64,000 nt of DNA from Thiohalomonadaceae bacterium. Its GTDB lineage: Bacteria; Pseudomonadota; Gammaproteobacteria; Thiohalomonadales; Thiohalomonadaceae. Within the stretch, counting starts at the first letter, position 1, and every line of letters begins with the position of its first letter. The notes under the pieces are model-generated. The model saw only the letters and a program-made list of their open reading frames with translations. It searched no databases and was not told where the DNA came from. This document shows positions 45,835-55,371 of this stretch, piece after piece. The DNA lies in contig JBFEYJ010000001.1 of NCBI GenBank assembly GCA_041562215.1, forward strand, positions 747 to 64,746, written 5' to 3'. The translations under genes and the position numbers were made by a program.

Positions 45835-46914
45835 TCAAGCACGATCCTCGGGATCACAGTAGCGAGCCCGTATCGCATGGATCTCCGCAAGTGACGCTTC
45901 AAATTGTGTCACGACCGCCGGCTCAAAATGGGTACCGGCATGCTCACGGATATAACTCACTGCTTCATCCACCGGCCAGGGCCGCTTGTAAGGACGGCTG
46001 GAGGTGAGTGCATCAAAAACATCCGCTACCGCCACAATGCGACCGGATTGAGGGATATCTTCGCCCGTCAGACCGGCGGGGTAACCGCTACCATCCCATC
46101 TTTCATGGTGAGTTAAGGCAATGGTTCGCGCCAGCTTCAGTAACGCGGAGTCATCGCCTTCAAGCAATTCAGCACCAATGACGGTATGAGTCTTCATGAT
46201 TTCCCACTGCGCCGCATCCAGTTTACCTGGCTTGAGCAGAATATCATCCGCAATGCCGATCTTGCCGATATCATGCATCGGGCTGGCATTCAGCATCAGC
46301 TCACACTCCGCGTCACTCCAGCCCAGTTTGCGTGCTAAAAGCTCCGAGATCTGGCTCATACGCATAATGTGATAACCGGTTTCATTATCACGGTATTCCG
46401 CCGCCCGTCCCAGACGATGCACGATCTGAAGTCGAGTCTGCCGCAACTCATCGGTACGCTGACGCACCAGTTCATCCAGCACATCTTTCTGCTCATGTAC
46501 CATGAGATGTGCCATATGGGCATCGAGCAGGTTGCGCACGCGGGCCAGCAGCTCCAGGCGGTCAAAAGGCTTGCCGATAAAGTCCCGCGCCCCGGCGTTG
46601 AGTGCGCGCAGAAGATAGTCGCGTCCGTGTTGCGCTGTTAGCACCACCACCGGAGGAAGCAGCGGATCATTGAGCTCCCGCAATGCATCCAGCACGGCGA
46701 AACCGTCCATGTGCGGCATGTTGATATCGAGCAAAATGAGATCGGGACGCCGCTTGTGGTAATGCTCCAGCACCAACCGCGGATCCTGTACCAGCACCAG
46801 ATTGGTGTATCCCTGCGCGCCAAGCATCTTGTCCATAAGCTTAAGGTTGAACGGCTCATCATCGACGATGAGAATGTCAGCCTCTTCAGGATTAAGTCTC
46901 CACTGCTCACTCAT
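45835..46914 (-). CDS. response regulator with HD-GYP domain (RpfG-like c-di-GMP phosphodiesterase)
   Basis: Receiver (ILIVDDEPFNLKL...DLILLDINMPHMDG...GKPF) plus HD-GYP (HDIGKIGI...HHERWDGSGYP). Confidence 0.9.
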   Translation of the reverse strand: MSEQWRLNPEEADILIVDDEPFNLKLMDKMLGAQGYTNLVLVQDPRLVLEHYHKRRPDLILLDINMPHMDGFAVLDALRELNDPLLPPVVVLTAQHGRDYLLRALNAGARDFIGKPFDRLELLARVRNLLDAHMAHLMVHEQKDVLDELVRQRTDELRQTRLQIVHRLGRAAEYRDNETGYHIMRMSQISELLARKLGWSDAECELMLNASPMHDIGKIGIADDILLKPGKLDAAQWEIMKTHTVIGAELLEGDDSALLKLARTIALTHHERWDGSGYPAGLTGEDIPQSGRIVAVADVFDALTSSRPYKRPWPVDEAVSYIREHAGTHFEPAVVTQFEASLAEIHAIRARYCDPEDRA

Positions 46915-46942
46915 ACGCTAACCACCCGAATCATGAAAATTG

Positions 46943-49900
46943 TTACCCTTGTTCAAGCAACCCATCAAGCACAGAGAGAAAATCCGTCACATCCAGGGGC
47001 TTGGTCAGGTAATCGGTGAATCCCGCCGCCTTGCCGCGTTCGATATCCCTTGGCATGGCATTGGCGGTGATTGCAACAACAGGAATAGTCTTTAGCCGCT
47101 CATCCGAACTCATAATGTTTAGGATCTGATATCCATCCATACGCGGCATATTGATATCCAGCAAAATGAGATCAGGACGGTGAGCTGCAGCCATCTCCAG
47201 GCCGAGTTCAGGTTCATGAGCGGTGACCAAATTAACATACTTTCTTTTGGCCAAAATCTGGCTAACCAGTTTGAGATTAGCCGGGTTGTCCTCAATGTAC
47301 AATACCGTATGCGTCTTGCCGGAACCACTCTCGTCGTGATGATGAAGGGCACTGCTCTCCTCATCGTGGGCGCCGTTGAAAGCGATGGTTCCTCGGGGTA
47401 ATATCACCTGAAACCGGCTCCCCACACCGGGCTCACTCTCGATACCGATGGTACCGCCCATCATCTCCACCAGATTACGTGTGATGGAGAGCCCGATGCC
47501 GGTGCCTTCGATTTCGCTCCCTTCCGCATCGAGTCGATTGAACGGTTCAAACAGCTGTTCCTGCCGGTCTTCCGCAACCCCCCTGCCGGTATCCATGACC
47601 GTAAGTCGCAGTTCATCCTCATTGACCGCATCCACTTCCAGAATAACTTTGCCATTCTCACGGTTATATTTGATGGCATTCGAAAGCAAGTTAAGCAGTA
47701 CCTGTTTAAGGCGAGTCCGGTCGGCACGGACAATGTAGCCCGCAATATCCCCCTGGATTAACTGAACTCCATATTGCTGGGCAACGGGCTCAATCAGGGA
47801 AAAACACTCAGTAAACACCTGAGTAACATCGACAGGTTCAAGAGACAGGTCGATACGCCCCGACTCGATCTTGGCCAGATCCAGCACCTCGTTAATCAGA
47901 TCAAGCAAGTGGCGACCGGCCTTGATGATCTCCTGCACACTGTCCAGCTGATCCTCATCCAATGCCTCATCGAATTCAAGAATTTGTGCAAATCCAAGGA
48001 TCGCATTCATTGGTGTTCGTAGTTCATGACTCATGCTGGAGAGAAATGTCGACTTGGCCTGGCTGGCCCGCTCGGCGTCCTCCTTTGCCGCGGCCAGTTG
48101 CTGCTGGCGATGTTGCTCCTCTGTATGGTCGCTCATGATGTTGAACAGGTATTGCGGTGAGCCGTCGTCACCGGCGACGAAACCGACATTGGCATTAGTC
48201 ATCAGCTGTGTGCCGTCAGGCTTCAACACCGGCAAAAGGCCTTTCCATCCCTTGCCCTGGTTGATAGCGCCCATGATTTCATCCACCGCCCACGCCAGCG
48301 ACTCCTGCGGAAAAAACATAGTGAAGTGCTTGCCGACAATCTCCTCATGGCTATAGCCGTGAATAATGTCATGGGCCTTGTTGGAATAGAGCAGATGTCC
48401 TGTCGCATCGGTAACTCCGATCCCTTGCTCGGAACTCTCGAAGATCCGACGAAACAAGATCAAATCCTGTTCCGCCTGCTTAAGTTCAGTGATGTCCTGC
48501 ACGGTTCCGACAAGGCCGATCATCCTGCCGGTTTCATCATACTTGCTCGTGGCAAGTTCATGCACGTAACGCAGGGTGCCATCCGGCCGCACGATACGAT
48601 GCATCACATCCAGCCTTCCACTTTCCTCCGCCTGCTTCCGACTCTCCTCTACAAGCCCTAGGTCTGCCGGATGAATCGCCTGCCAAAACAACGCCACAGA
48701 GGGTTCAACGCTCGCCTTGTCCAGGCCGAAAATGTCGTAAATGATATCGGACCACTGCACCTCGCCGCTCACCAGATCCGCTTCCCAGTTGCCGATATGC
48801 GCCAGTTGCTGCGCCTCGAGCAATCGTCGGCGGCTATCCTCCAAGGCATTTTCCGACCTTTTCCGCTCGCTAATGTCCTGTACGATGGACCATATCCGCT
48901 TATTGCCAAACGGGTCCTCTACCAGGGAGCCGCTGAGCAGCACCGGCACCCGATGACCATCCTTGTGGATATACTCCTTCTCATAGGGGCCATAGCGTCC
49001 TGTGCTTGCCAATTTCGCCAGTTGCTCCTGCTCATTGGCGAAATATTTGTCCGGGGTCAGTTGCCAATAAGAGAGGAGACGATATTCCTCCTCGGAGTAA
49101 CCAATAGCGTCCAACAGCGCCTGATTCGCCTCGAGGAAGTTCCCCTCCATGTCGTTAAGCGCGATCCCCACCGGTGATAACTCGAAGAGATTTCGGAATT
49201 TCTGTTCGCTCTCGTGGCGGGAATCCTCGGCCATTCTGCGATCATGGATGTCCATGACCACGCCCAACATGTGCAGCGGATTACCCGCCGCATCACGCAC
49301 AACATCGCCTTTCTCCTGCACCCAGCGAACCTGGCCATCGGGCCAGACAATCCGATGCTCGATGTTGTACTCATCGCCTTTCTCAATACAATTGCCGACC
49401 GCCTTCACCACCAGGTTGCGGTCCTGGGGATGAACTGCATTGAGGAAATTCTCGTAAGTCGTTTCCAGATCCCCCGCCAGGTAACCGAACAGTGGTGCGA
49501 TGCGCTCGGACCAGAAGAGATCACCGGTCTGGATATTCCAGTCCCAGGTACCGATGTTGGCGAAAATCTGGCTGCGTCGCAGACGCTCGGCTGAGATATT
49601 CGCCTCCTGCTCCAACCGCTTAACATGGGTAATGTCAGTGCGGATGGAAACATACTGATAGGGTTTTCCAGCGGCATCCTTGAACGGTACGATGGTCGAC
49701 TCTACCCAGTAATTTTCGCCGCACTTGCTGCGATTACAGACATCCCCCCGCCAGACATTTCCATCGCTGATGGTCCGCCACATTACTTGATAAAATTCCG
49801 GGGAATGCGCGCCCGATTTAATGATACGATGGTTCTGACCAAGAAGCTCTTCCCGCCGATAACCACTGATGGCGCAAAACAGATCATTCACATAGATGAT

Positions 49901-51154
49901 TTTTCCCGTGACATCGGCAATGCTGACAATTGCGTGATGATCCAGCGCCAGATGCTCGCGTTCCTTCTCGTACAGGGCGCGATTGAGCGACAGCCTTGTC
50001 CGGCTCGCCTCACGCGATCGTCGGGCACGTGACAGCACGGCGCTGCAAAATTGCAGCGGCTCGACCGGTTGCACCAGCAAACCATCCCAGTCGGGGTTGT
50101 AGGCAAACAGCTCGTGCAAAGATTCGCTCCTGTCCGAGAGAAACAGGATGGGTAACGAGGCGTTCTCCTCATCTTCATGCAGCAGTGAGGCCAGCTCGGC
50201 GCCACCGACCTCCTGCATCGCCACCTCCAGCACCACCACTTCAGGCTGGAACTGACGCAGCGTATCAAGGACGGCAAGCGGGCTGGATTCGGTGCACACC
50301 TCCATCCCGGCGTTCTGCAACAACTCGGTATGGAAGGATAACCTGTTCAGGTCGTCATCGATCAACAGCACCCGATAAGACACCGGCTCCTCACGGACCG
50401 TGACCTGCTCAATAACCCGCAGCAGCCTGTCAGGGCTGACAGGTTTGACCAGACAGCGGCTGGCCCCGGCACGGTAAGCCGCAAGGCGCTTGCGGATATC
50501 ATCGTCCAGGGTAAGCAGCACCAATGGCGTATTACCGGAGGCTCCACTTCGCAAGGTTTCGATGGCCTCCATCATCACCGTATTGCCCTGAGCGAAGTGC
50601 ATATCCAGGATCACCACGGCAGGCGCCTGATCATTCGACATGACCCTCGTGACTGTTTCCGGCTCGGAAAAACGCTGCACGCTATAACCTGCCGCCTGCA
50701 GCAGCTCCATCAGCGGGTATGCCTGCTCCGGGTCATCCTCGATCAGGTAGACCAGCGAAGCCTGGCTTGGCGGAAAATATCCCACAGGTGGCATCAGCGT
50801 CGGTGCGGTGGTTGTCAGTGCCGATCGCACGGCCGCATCAAGCCTCACAAGCCCCTCCTCCAGCGCCTGAAGATCCACCTTTCCAGGCGGCAGGGCCTGT
50901 CTGTCGTCCATGGTGATGAAAGACAACGCCAGTGAACGCGCCGCCTCAGCGACCCCCGACAGGTCGAAGATCGCCGCGGAACCGACGATGCCATCCAGCA
51001 TGCGGTCGAGCTTTTCTCCCTCTTTCCCTAGCCTGCGGGACAAATCGGGATCGAGCAACAGATGCCTGAGCTCATCCAGCCTCATCGGCAGGTGGGCGAC
51101 AAATTCAGCACGCAAGCGCGCCAGTTCACTACTAATACACTCTTCCATCACCAT
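46943..51154 (-). CDS. 1403-aa cytoplasmic hybrid sensor kinase (HPt-like, 2 receiver-like, multiple PAS, HisKA-HATPase, receiver)
   Basis: H-box SHELRTPMNAILGF and ATPase boxes NLLSNAIKY, DTGRGV, GTGIGLSI. The C-terminal receiver has DLILLDINMPRMDG...TKP. At least four PAS/PAC blocks are present (e.g. ...WDWNIQTGDLFWSE..., ...IVQDISERKRSE...). No TM segment seen. Confidence 0.9.
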   Translation of the reverse strand: MVMEECISSELARLRAEFVAHLPMRLDELRHLLLDPDLSRRLGKEGEKLDRMLDGIVGSAAIFDLSGVAEAARSLALSFITMDDRQALPPGKVDLQALEEGLVRLDAAVRSALTTTAPTLMPPVGYFPPSQASLVYLIEDDPEQAYPLMELLQAAGYSVQRFSEPETVTRVMSNDQAPAVVILDMHFAQGNTVMMEAIETLRSGASGNTPLVLLTLDDDIRKRLAAYRAGASRCLVKPVSPDRLLRVIEQVTVREEPVSYRVLLIDDDLNRLSFHTELLQNAGMEVCTESSPLAVLDTLRQFQPEVVVLEVAMQEVGGAELASLLHEDEENASLPILFLSDRSESLHELFAYNPDWDGLLVQPVEPLQFCSAVLSRARRSREASRTRLSLNRALYEKEREHLALDHHAIVSIADVTGKIIYVNDLFCAISGYRREELLGQNHRIIKSGAHSPEFYQVMWRTISDGNVWRGDVCNRSKCGENYWVESTIVPFKDAAGKPYQYVSIRTDITHVKRLEQEANISAERLRRSQIFANIGTWDWNIQTGDLFWSERIAPLFGYLAGDLETTYENFLNAVHPQDRNLVVKAVGNCIEKGDEYNIEHRIVWPDGQVRWVQEKGDVVRDAAGNPLHMLGVVMDIHDRRMAEDSRHESEQKFRNLFELSPVGIALNDMEGNFLEANQALLDAIGYSEEEYRLLSYWQLTPDKYFANEQEQLAKLASTGRYGPYEKEYIHKDGHRVPVLLSGSLVEDPFGNKRIWSIVQDISERKRSENALEDSRRRLLEAQQLAHIGNWEADLVSGEVQWSDIIYDIFGLDKASVEPSVALFWQAIHPADLGLVEESRKQAEESGRLDVMHRIVRPDGTLRYVHELATSKYDETGRMIGLVGTVQDITELKQAEQDLILFRRIFESSEQGIGVTDATGHLLYSNKAHDIIHGYSHEEIVGKHFTMFFPQESLAWAVDEIMGAINQGKGWKGLLPVLKPDGTQLMTNANVGFVAGDDGSPQYLFNIMSDHTEEQHRQQQLAAAKEDAERASQAKSTFLSSMSHELRTPMNAILGFAQILEFDEALDEDQLDSVQEIIKAGRHLLDLINEVLDLAKIESGRIDLSLEPVDVTQVFTECFSLIEPVAQQYGVQLIQGDIAGYIVRADRTRLKQVLLNLLSNAIKYNRENGKVILEVDAVNEDELRLTVMDTGRGVAEDRQEQLFEPFNRLDAEGSEIEGTGIGLSITRNLVEMMGGTIGIESEPGVGSRFQVILPRGTIAFNGAHDEESSALHHHDESGSGKTHTVLYIEDNPANLKLVSQILAKRKYVNLVTAHEPELGLEMAAAHRPDLILLDINMPRMDGYQILNIMSSDERLKTIPVVAITANAMPRDIERGKAAGFTDYLTKPLDVTDFLSVLDGLLEQG

Positions 51155-51264
51155 TGATACATATTACCACCGCACACCGACAGCCGGGCGACAACAATCC
51201 GGCACCAACATCACGCACTCAGCCTCTCATACCTGCGGCCTCTGCTCCAGCCCTCCAAAGGCCT

Positions 51265-52455
51265 TTAGCGCACCAAGACACACCCTTCCGACTCAACCTC
51301 AATCTCAGGGAGGGAGAACCGCTGCAACTCAGCGGCATCGTGAAACAAAACCCAGCGCTCATCGGGCACATTCTCAAAGGCGTGTACCATCCGCGCGCTC
51401 CCCCTGGGCTCATCCGTAACATTCCGGATCATGATCGCCGTGATCTGATCGGGATGACGCCTTGCCATTTCACCATACACTTCCGGATCTTTCTCCCCGC
51501 TGTCACCGATCAATACAAACCGCCGTTGAGGCCAAGAGTTAAGGATCTCCTCAATAGCTGGGATCTTGAATACCTCGGCGGAGGCGAACAGGTTGAGGAA
51601 ACTGGAATCCTTGAGGCGAAAAGCGCGGAGATGAAAACTCCCCTTCGGAAAGCCGCTCTGGGAGAGAAAGGCCGACAGCGGCGGATAAAGCTGCCATGGG
51701 GAACCGGAGACATAGTGAAAAGCTATGCCCTGCTCGCGCCACTTTTGGTAGATCGGCGCCATACCGGGGACGGGCTGGAACTCGCGCAGGAAGGTATTGG
51801 CGAGCAACGCCTTTTTATCCAGCACGTTGCTGATCTTGATAGTGTCATCAAGATCGGAGATCACGGACAAACCATGTGGGCACAGCAACTGCGCCTCCCC
51901 CTGGAAACGGCGCGCATCGCCCGATGGCATCACTATTTCCAGAGGCAGCCAGGTTAACGACCGCTCACGCCCAAGCACCTCCTCAGCGACAGTCAACATC
52001 CCTGTAAAATGACCATTCGCCCCCGAGGCCTCTAACGTAACCGCCTCCGCTCCCGGATAAAGGACAGTGAGCGCCTTGTTGCGCTCATTATCGACCAAAA
52101 AAGGCCAAACGCGTTTCTTGAAGCTCCCCTCATCATCAACCACCTCATCGATATCCAGCATGGCAGCCGCGCCGGCCACGGTGAAAAGCCGCCACAGTGA
52201 ATCCGTCTCAGGCTCAAACACCCATCCATGCACCGGGATCCGCCATACCTCGTCACGGCTGTCCCACCAGCCGTTTTGCGGAAACAGGATCACCTCCTCA
52301 TCGGACTTCAAGGGCGAGCCGAAAAGCACAGACGACGGGACCATCAACAACACCGCCAGACCTACGGATAGCAGCCCCTGTCCATTCCACTGTTTACTGC
52401 GCCGCAAGCGCCACATGGTCTTTATACCCACACTGACTCCCTCTGGAAAACCCAC
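51265..52455 (-). CDS. App1-family (DUF2183) phosphatidate-phosphatase-like protein
   Basis: Signal/anchor at the N-terminus. DxDxT motif ISDLDDTIKISNV and GDSGEKDPE, typical of App1/DUF2183. Confidence 0.7.
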   Translation of the reverse strand: MGFPEGVSVGIKTMWRLRRSKQWNGQGLLSVGLAVLLMVPSSVLFGSPLKSDEEVILFPQNGWWDSRDEVWRIPVHGWVFEPETDSLWRLFTVAGAAAMLDIDEVVDDEGSFKKRVWPFLVDNERNKALTVLYPGAEAVTLEASGANGHFTGMLTVAEEVLGRERSLTWLPLEIVMPSGDARRFQGEAQLLCPHGLSVISDLDDTIKISNVLDKKALLANTFLREFQPVPGMAPIYQKWREQGIAFHYVSGSPWQLYPPLSAFLSQSGFPKGSFHLRAFRLKDSSFLNLFASAEVFKIPAIEEILNSWPQRRFVLIGDSGEKDPEVYGEMARRHPDQITAIMIRNVTDEPRGSARMVHAFENVPDERWVLFHDAAELQRFSLPEIEVESEGCVLVR

Positions 52456-52489
52456 CCACTACACTGCCCTGATATCAAGGCTCAGCCAC

Positions 52490-52939
52490 TCAAGCGCGCT
52501 CCCGTCGCGCATGCAACCGCTCCTTGATAACCGCAAAGTGCCTCATGTTATCAAACGCGTAAAGCAGGATATCCCCGTTATCGTCAACAAGACAGGTAGT
52601 GGTCGCAAAGGCGTACTCCTTCATCCGCCCGAACCTCTCCCATGGAACAAAACGCACACAATGGCTGGAATGGATCTCGAGTCCATCCTGCAAAACGAAT
52701 ATCGACGCCCCCATATACCTCAGCACCAAAAACCCAATTGCGCACTGGTAGAGCAGAGCCCCTCCCATTGCTGCATTGACAAGAATTTGCGATTCGCTCA
52801 AGCCTTCCTCCCAAAGAGCCCGCCTAATCAACCACAGGGCAACCATTAACAGCACCGGCACCCCCAGCCATGAAATAACCTTCATCCAGACCGGGTAATA
52901 GACAGGAATCGGCTCATCATCACGCATCGGCAGCAACAC
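52490..52939 (-). CDS. hypothetical membrane protein
   Basis: 149 aa with two hydrophobic segments (VISWLGVPVLLMVALWLI; AAMGGALLYQCAIGFLVL) and a soluble C-terminal half. No family recognised. Confidence 0.55.
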   Translation of the reverse strand: MLLPMRDDEPIPVYYPVWMKVISWLGVPVLLMVALWLIRRALWEEGLSESQILVNAAMGGALLYQCAIGFLVLRYMGASIFVLQDGLEIHSSHCVRFVPWERFGRMKEYAFATTTCLVDDNGDILLYAFDNMRHFAVIKERLHARRERA

Positions 52940-52986
52940 TCATCGCTGAAGCAATCAACTTGGGGCGCGGAAAGACAAACACAACC

Positions 52987-53373
52987 TCAGCGCCCCTCTG
53001 ATGACTTATTGTTAACTGATGGAATTAGGTAAGGCTTAAACAAGTGGCGGTGGTTATGACATTGGATTTGCAGTAATTTCCAGCTTTTCGATGGACCTGA
53101 TAGGTTTCTTACCGTCTCTTTGTATTTGAAGATAGCCGGAGCGAGATCCAGTAACGGCACGATATGATCCATCAGCTTCTTACATGTCGACTCCATCAGT
53201 TCATCCACTCTGGTGCCCAACGATTTATCTTTACCGCAACTGATGCCAAGTTTCGAGTCACCTTTCTGCAAGGCATTGATCACCCTGGCGAAAAGGGGAG
53301 GGATTCTTCCGTTCCGGTCAATACTGGTAATCTCCAGATCCGCCCCTGGGGGGTGGCGCTGCAATAACATCAT
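52987..53373 (-). CDS. hypothetical protein (possibly a gene remnant) at the island boundary
   Basis: 128-aa ORF in the GC transition zone. No recognisable motif or convincing SD. Confidence 0.3.
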   Translation of the reverse strand: MMLLQRHPPGADLEITSIDRNGRIPPLFARVINALQKGDSKLGISCGKDKSLGTRVDELMESTCKKLMDHIVPLLDLAPAIFKYKETVRNLSGPSKSWKLLQIQCHNHRHLFKPYLIPSVNNKSSEGR

Positions 53374-55371
53374 CTACCTCGTCATGACAGGCACTAGCTC
53401 AGTATCACCACTCATCCCGTCAATGGCGAAGCAAGCAAAGCACCTCGTTCTGATGGCTCTGTTTTCATCACCTCGGAAATGGTGCTGATCTGAGGTGGAC
53501 CGCATCAAGCCTTTCCCGAGAGATTTGTTCACCCGAGACCATGCACCTAAGTGACATTAAGCCACTCGAACTTCATGCCTATGAATTAACGTCATTGCCG
53601 GTCCCTTGGTCAGTGTGTTCTCTGTATATCATGCAATCAAAGAGCTGTCCCTTGGTACGATGCACCATGGAGATGTTTGAGATCATGAAGTGCATGTTAC
53701 TGGAGCTTACCTGAAGAAAGTTTTTCCGAAGTCCCATGGCCAGCATCGCTGTATAGCTTAGGGAAGTATCGAATTGTTTGCCTCCACATAAGCAGGCACG
53801 AGAACAAGGAGATACCCAAGAGTAAGGTTTGTTTTTCTATCAGCCTTATGCCCTACAAACTTTAATAAGGGCAGTTCAATAGATTCAGCTTCACATGTCT
53901 CCTACAGAAATCCTTTATCCTTGGTATCCGTGAAAACGCTGTTGCCGTGGAAATACGGTGTCATTATAATATTTTGTCAAATACAAAACATTTCCTCCCA
54001 TGGACTCGCCGTGCTTAACGACTTTCCTGTAAGAACACAGGGCACAGGATTCAAGTCAAAGCAGTGGATATTGGTAGCCAGAGCCGGCACATAGAACACT
54101 TTGAAAACAAAGGGAATTTATAAACATTCATCTTATATATCTTTTCAAACAACCAAGAACCGCTTCCGAGATACCGGCTGAAAAGGAAATACGTTAGATT
54201 GTAGGCAAGAGCTTAAAGATTTTATTCTGAAGAGACACTCAATGCATTGGGTAAGGCGGTAATGTTCTCTACTTTCAATCATGACACAGTACTACCATCC
54301 CTGGCTGTAGTTTTTATGAAGGTATTACCTGTTTTCGTCCAGAGTACATACCCTGAGTTTATTATTACTTTAAAGCCCCGATTAAACTCAGTGTGAAATA
54401 CAAGACTAAAAAATGAATTTAGCGAAGGCGTTCTTCTCAGTTATTTTAGCTGCTTGGTCGCGAAAATCTTCGACCATCCCACCTATCCTTCCCTGTCTAT
54501 CGGGTAGCACCCACACACAGAGTTGAGTGCATAATCATGCAAGAAGAACCTCCTTCTGTATATTACCAGTTGGACAAGAAACCAACCAACTCACTTGCGC
54601 ACCACAACTACCGTCAATGGAGTTACTTATTCTATTTTCTTACCTATGTCATTAATCGATTATTCATGGTAACAAGGTACCGTAACCGAGAAGCAAACAC
54701 GATAAGCGGCACAACTATAGTGACCCATGATAATTTTAACAAAACCATAAAGACCGAAAATACTTTATGGGTGTTTCGTCATAAAAAGAAAGCCAATCAT
54801 AAACCTGACACACTATGCCCAATAACAATTAGAAAAAACAATGATAATGGCAGGCACCAAAACACTCGGTTCTATAAAGAAAACCCTACCCAAAGACAAT
54901 CACTCTTCCCGACATTTAGTGCCTCCTCAAAAGCACCCCTTTCGATTGGACATTAGTGAGCTTGAAACCAAACCTTTAACGTGGCTCACACCACTTTTCA
55001 AAGAAGACATTTAGTAACACCGGCTTCAGTGAGACCTACTGGCCTTAATAAATCATAGCCCGACGTTAAAGGTGCGGCCACACGCAGGCACTAACGACTT
55101 AAAAAATCATAAAAAAACACACCATCATCATGGACGAGATGGGATTCATCCGACCACAACCATGACATTCAATCCAAAACCTGACAAACAAACCCACTCA
55201 CAACCACTGAACTTTCGGCGGTCATACATCTGAGCGACACCTGAAAGGCAAGAAACGCATTAATAAAATGCACCACACAAATCAATCAACACACTCTGTC
55301 AAACCCGGCCCCTCCCACCTGCATCCTTTTAATCGAAAGGCCGGAGAGGCCTACAACTGGAGCAACATAAA

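Noticed and set aside
54537-54956. 139-aa ORF in the ORF-poor AT-rich stretch
   Set aside because: Low-complexity Asn/Lys/Thr-rich translation with no SD and no motif. It is likely a chance ORF in AT-rich DNA.
52940-55371. Searched the island boundary for a tRNA gene, integrase, transposase remnant or flanking direct repeats
   Set aside because: I could not recognise a cloverleaf-capable sequence or an integrase/transposase motif by eye. Weak 'xSDxG'-like fragments on the minus strand are interrupted by many stops and are not convincing.
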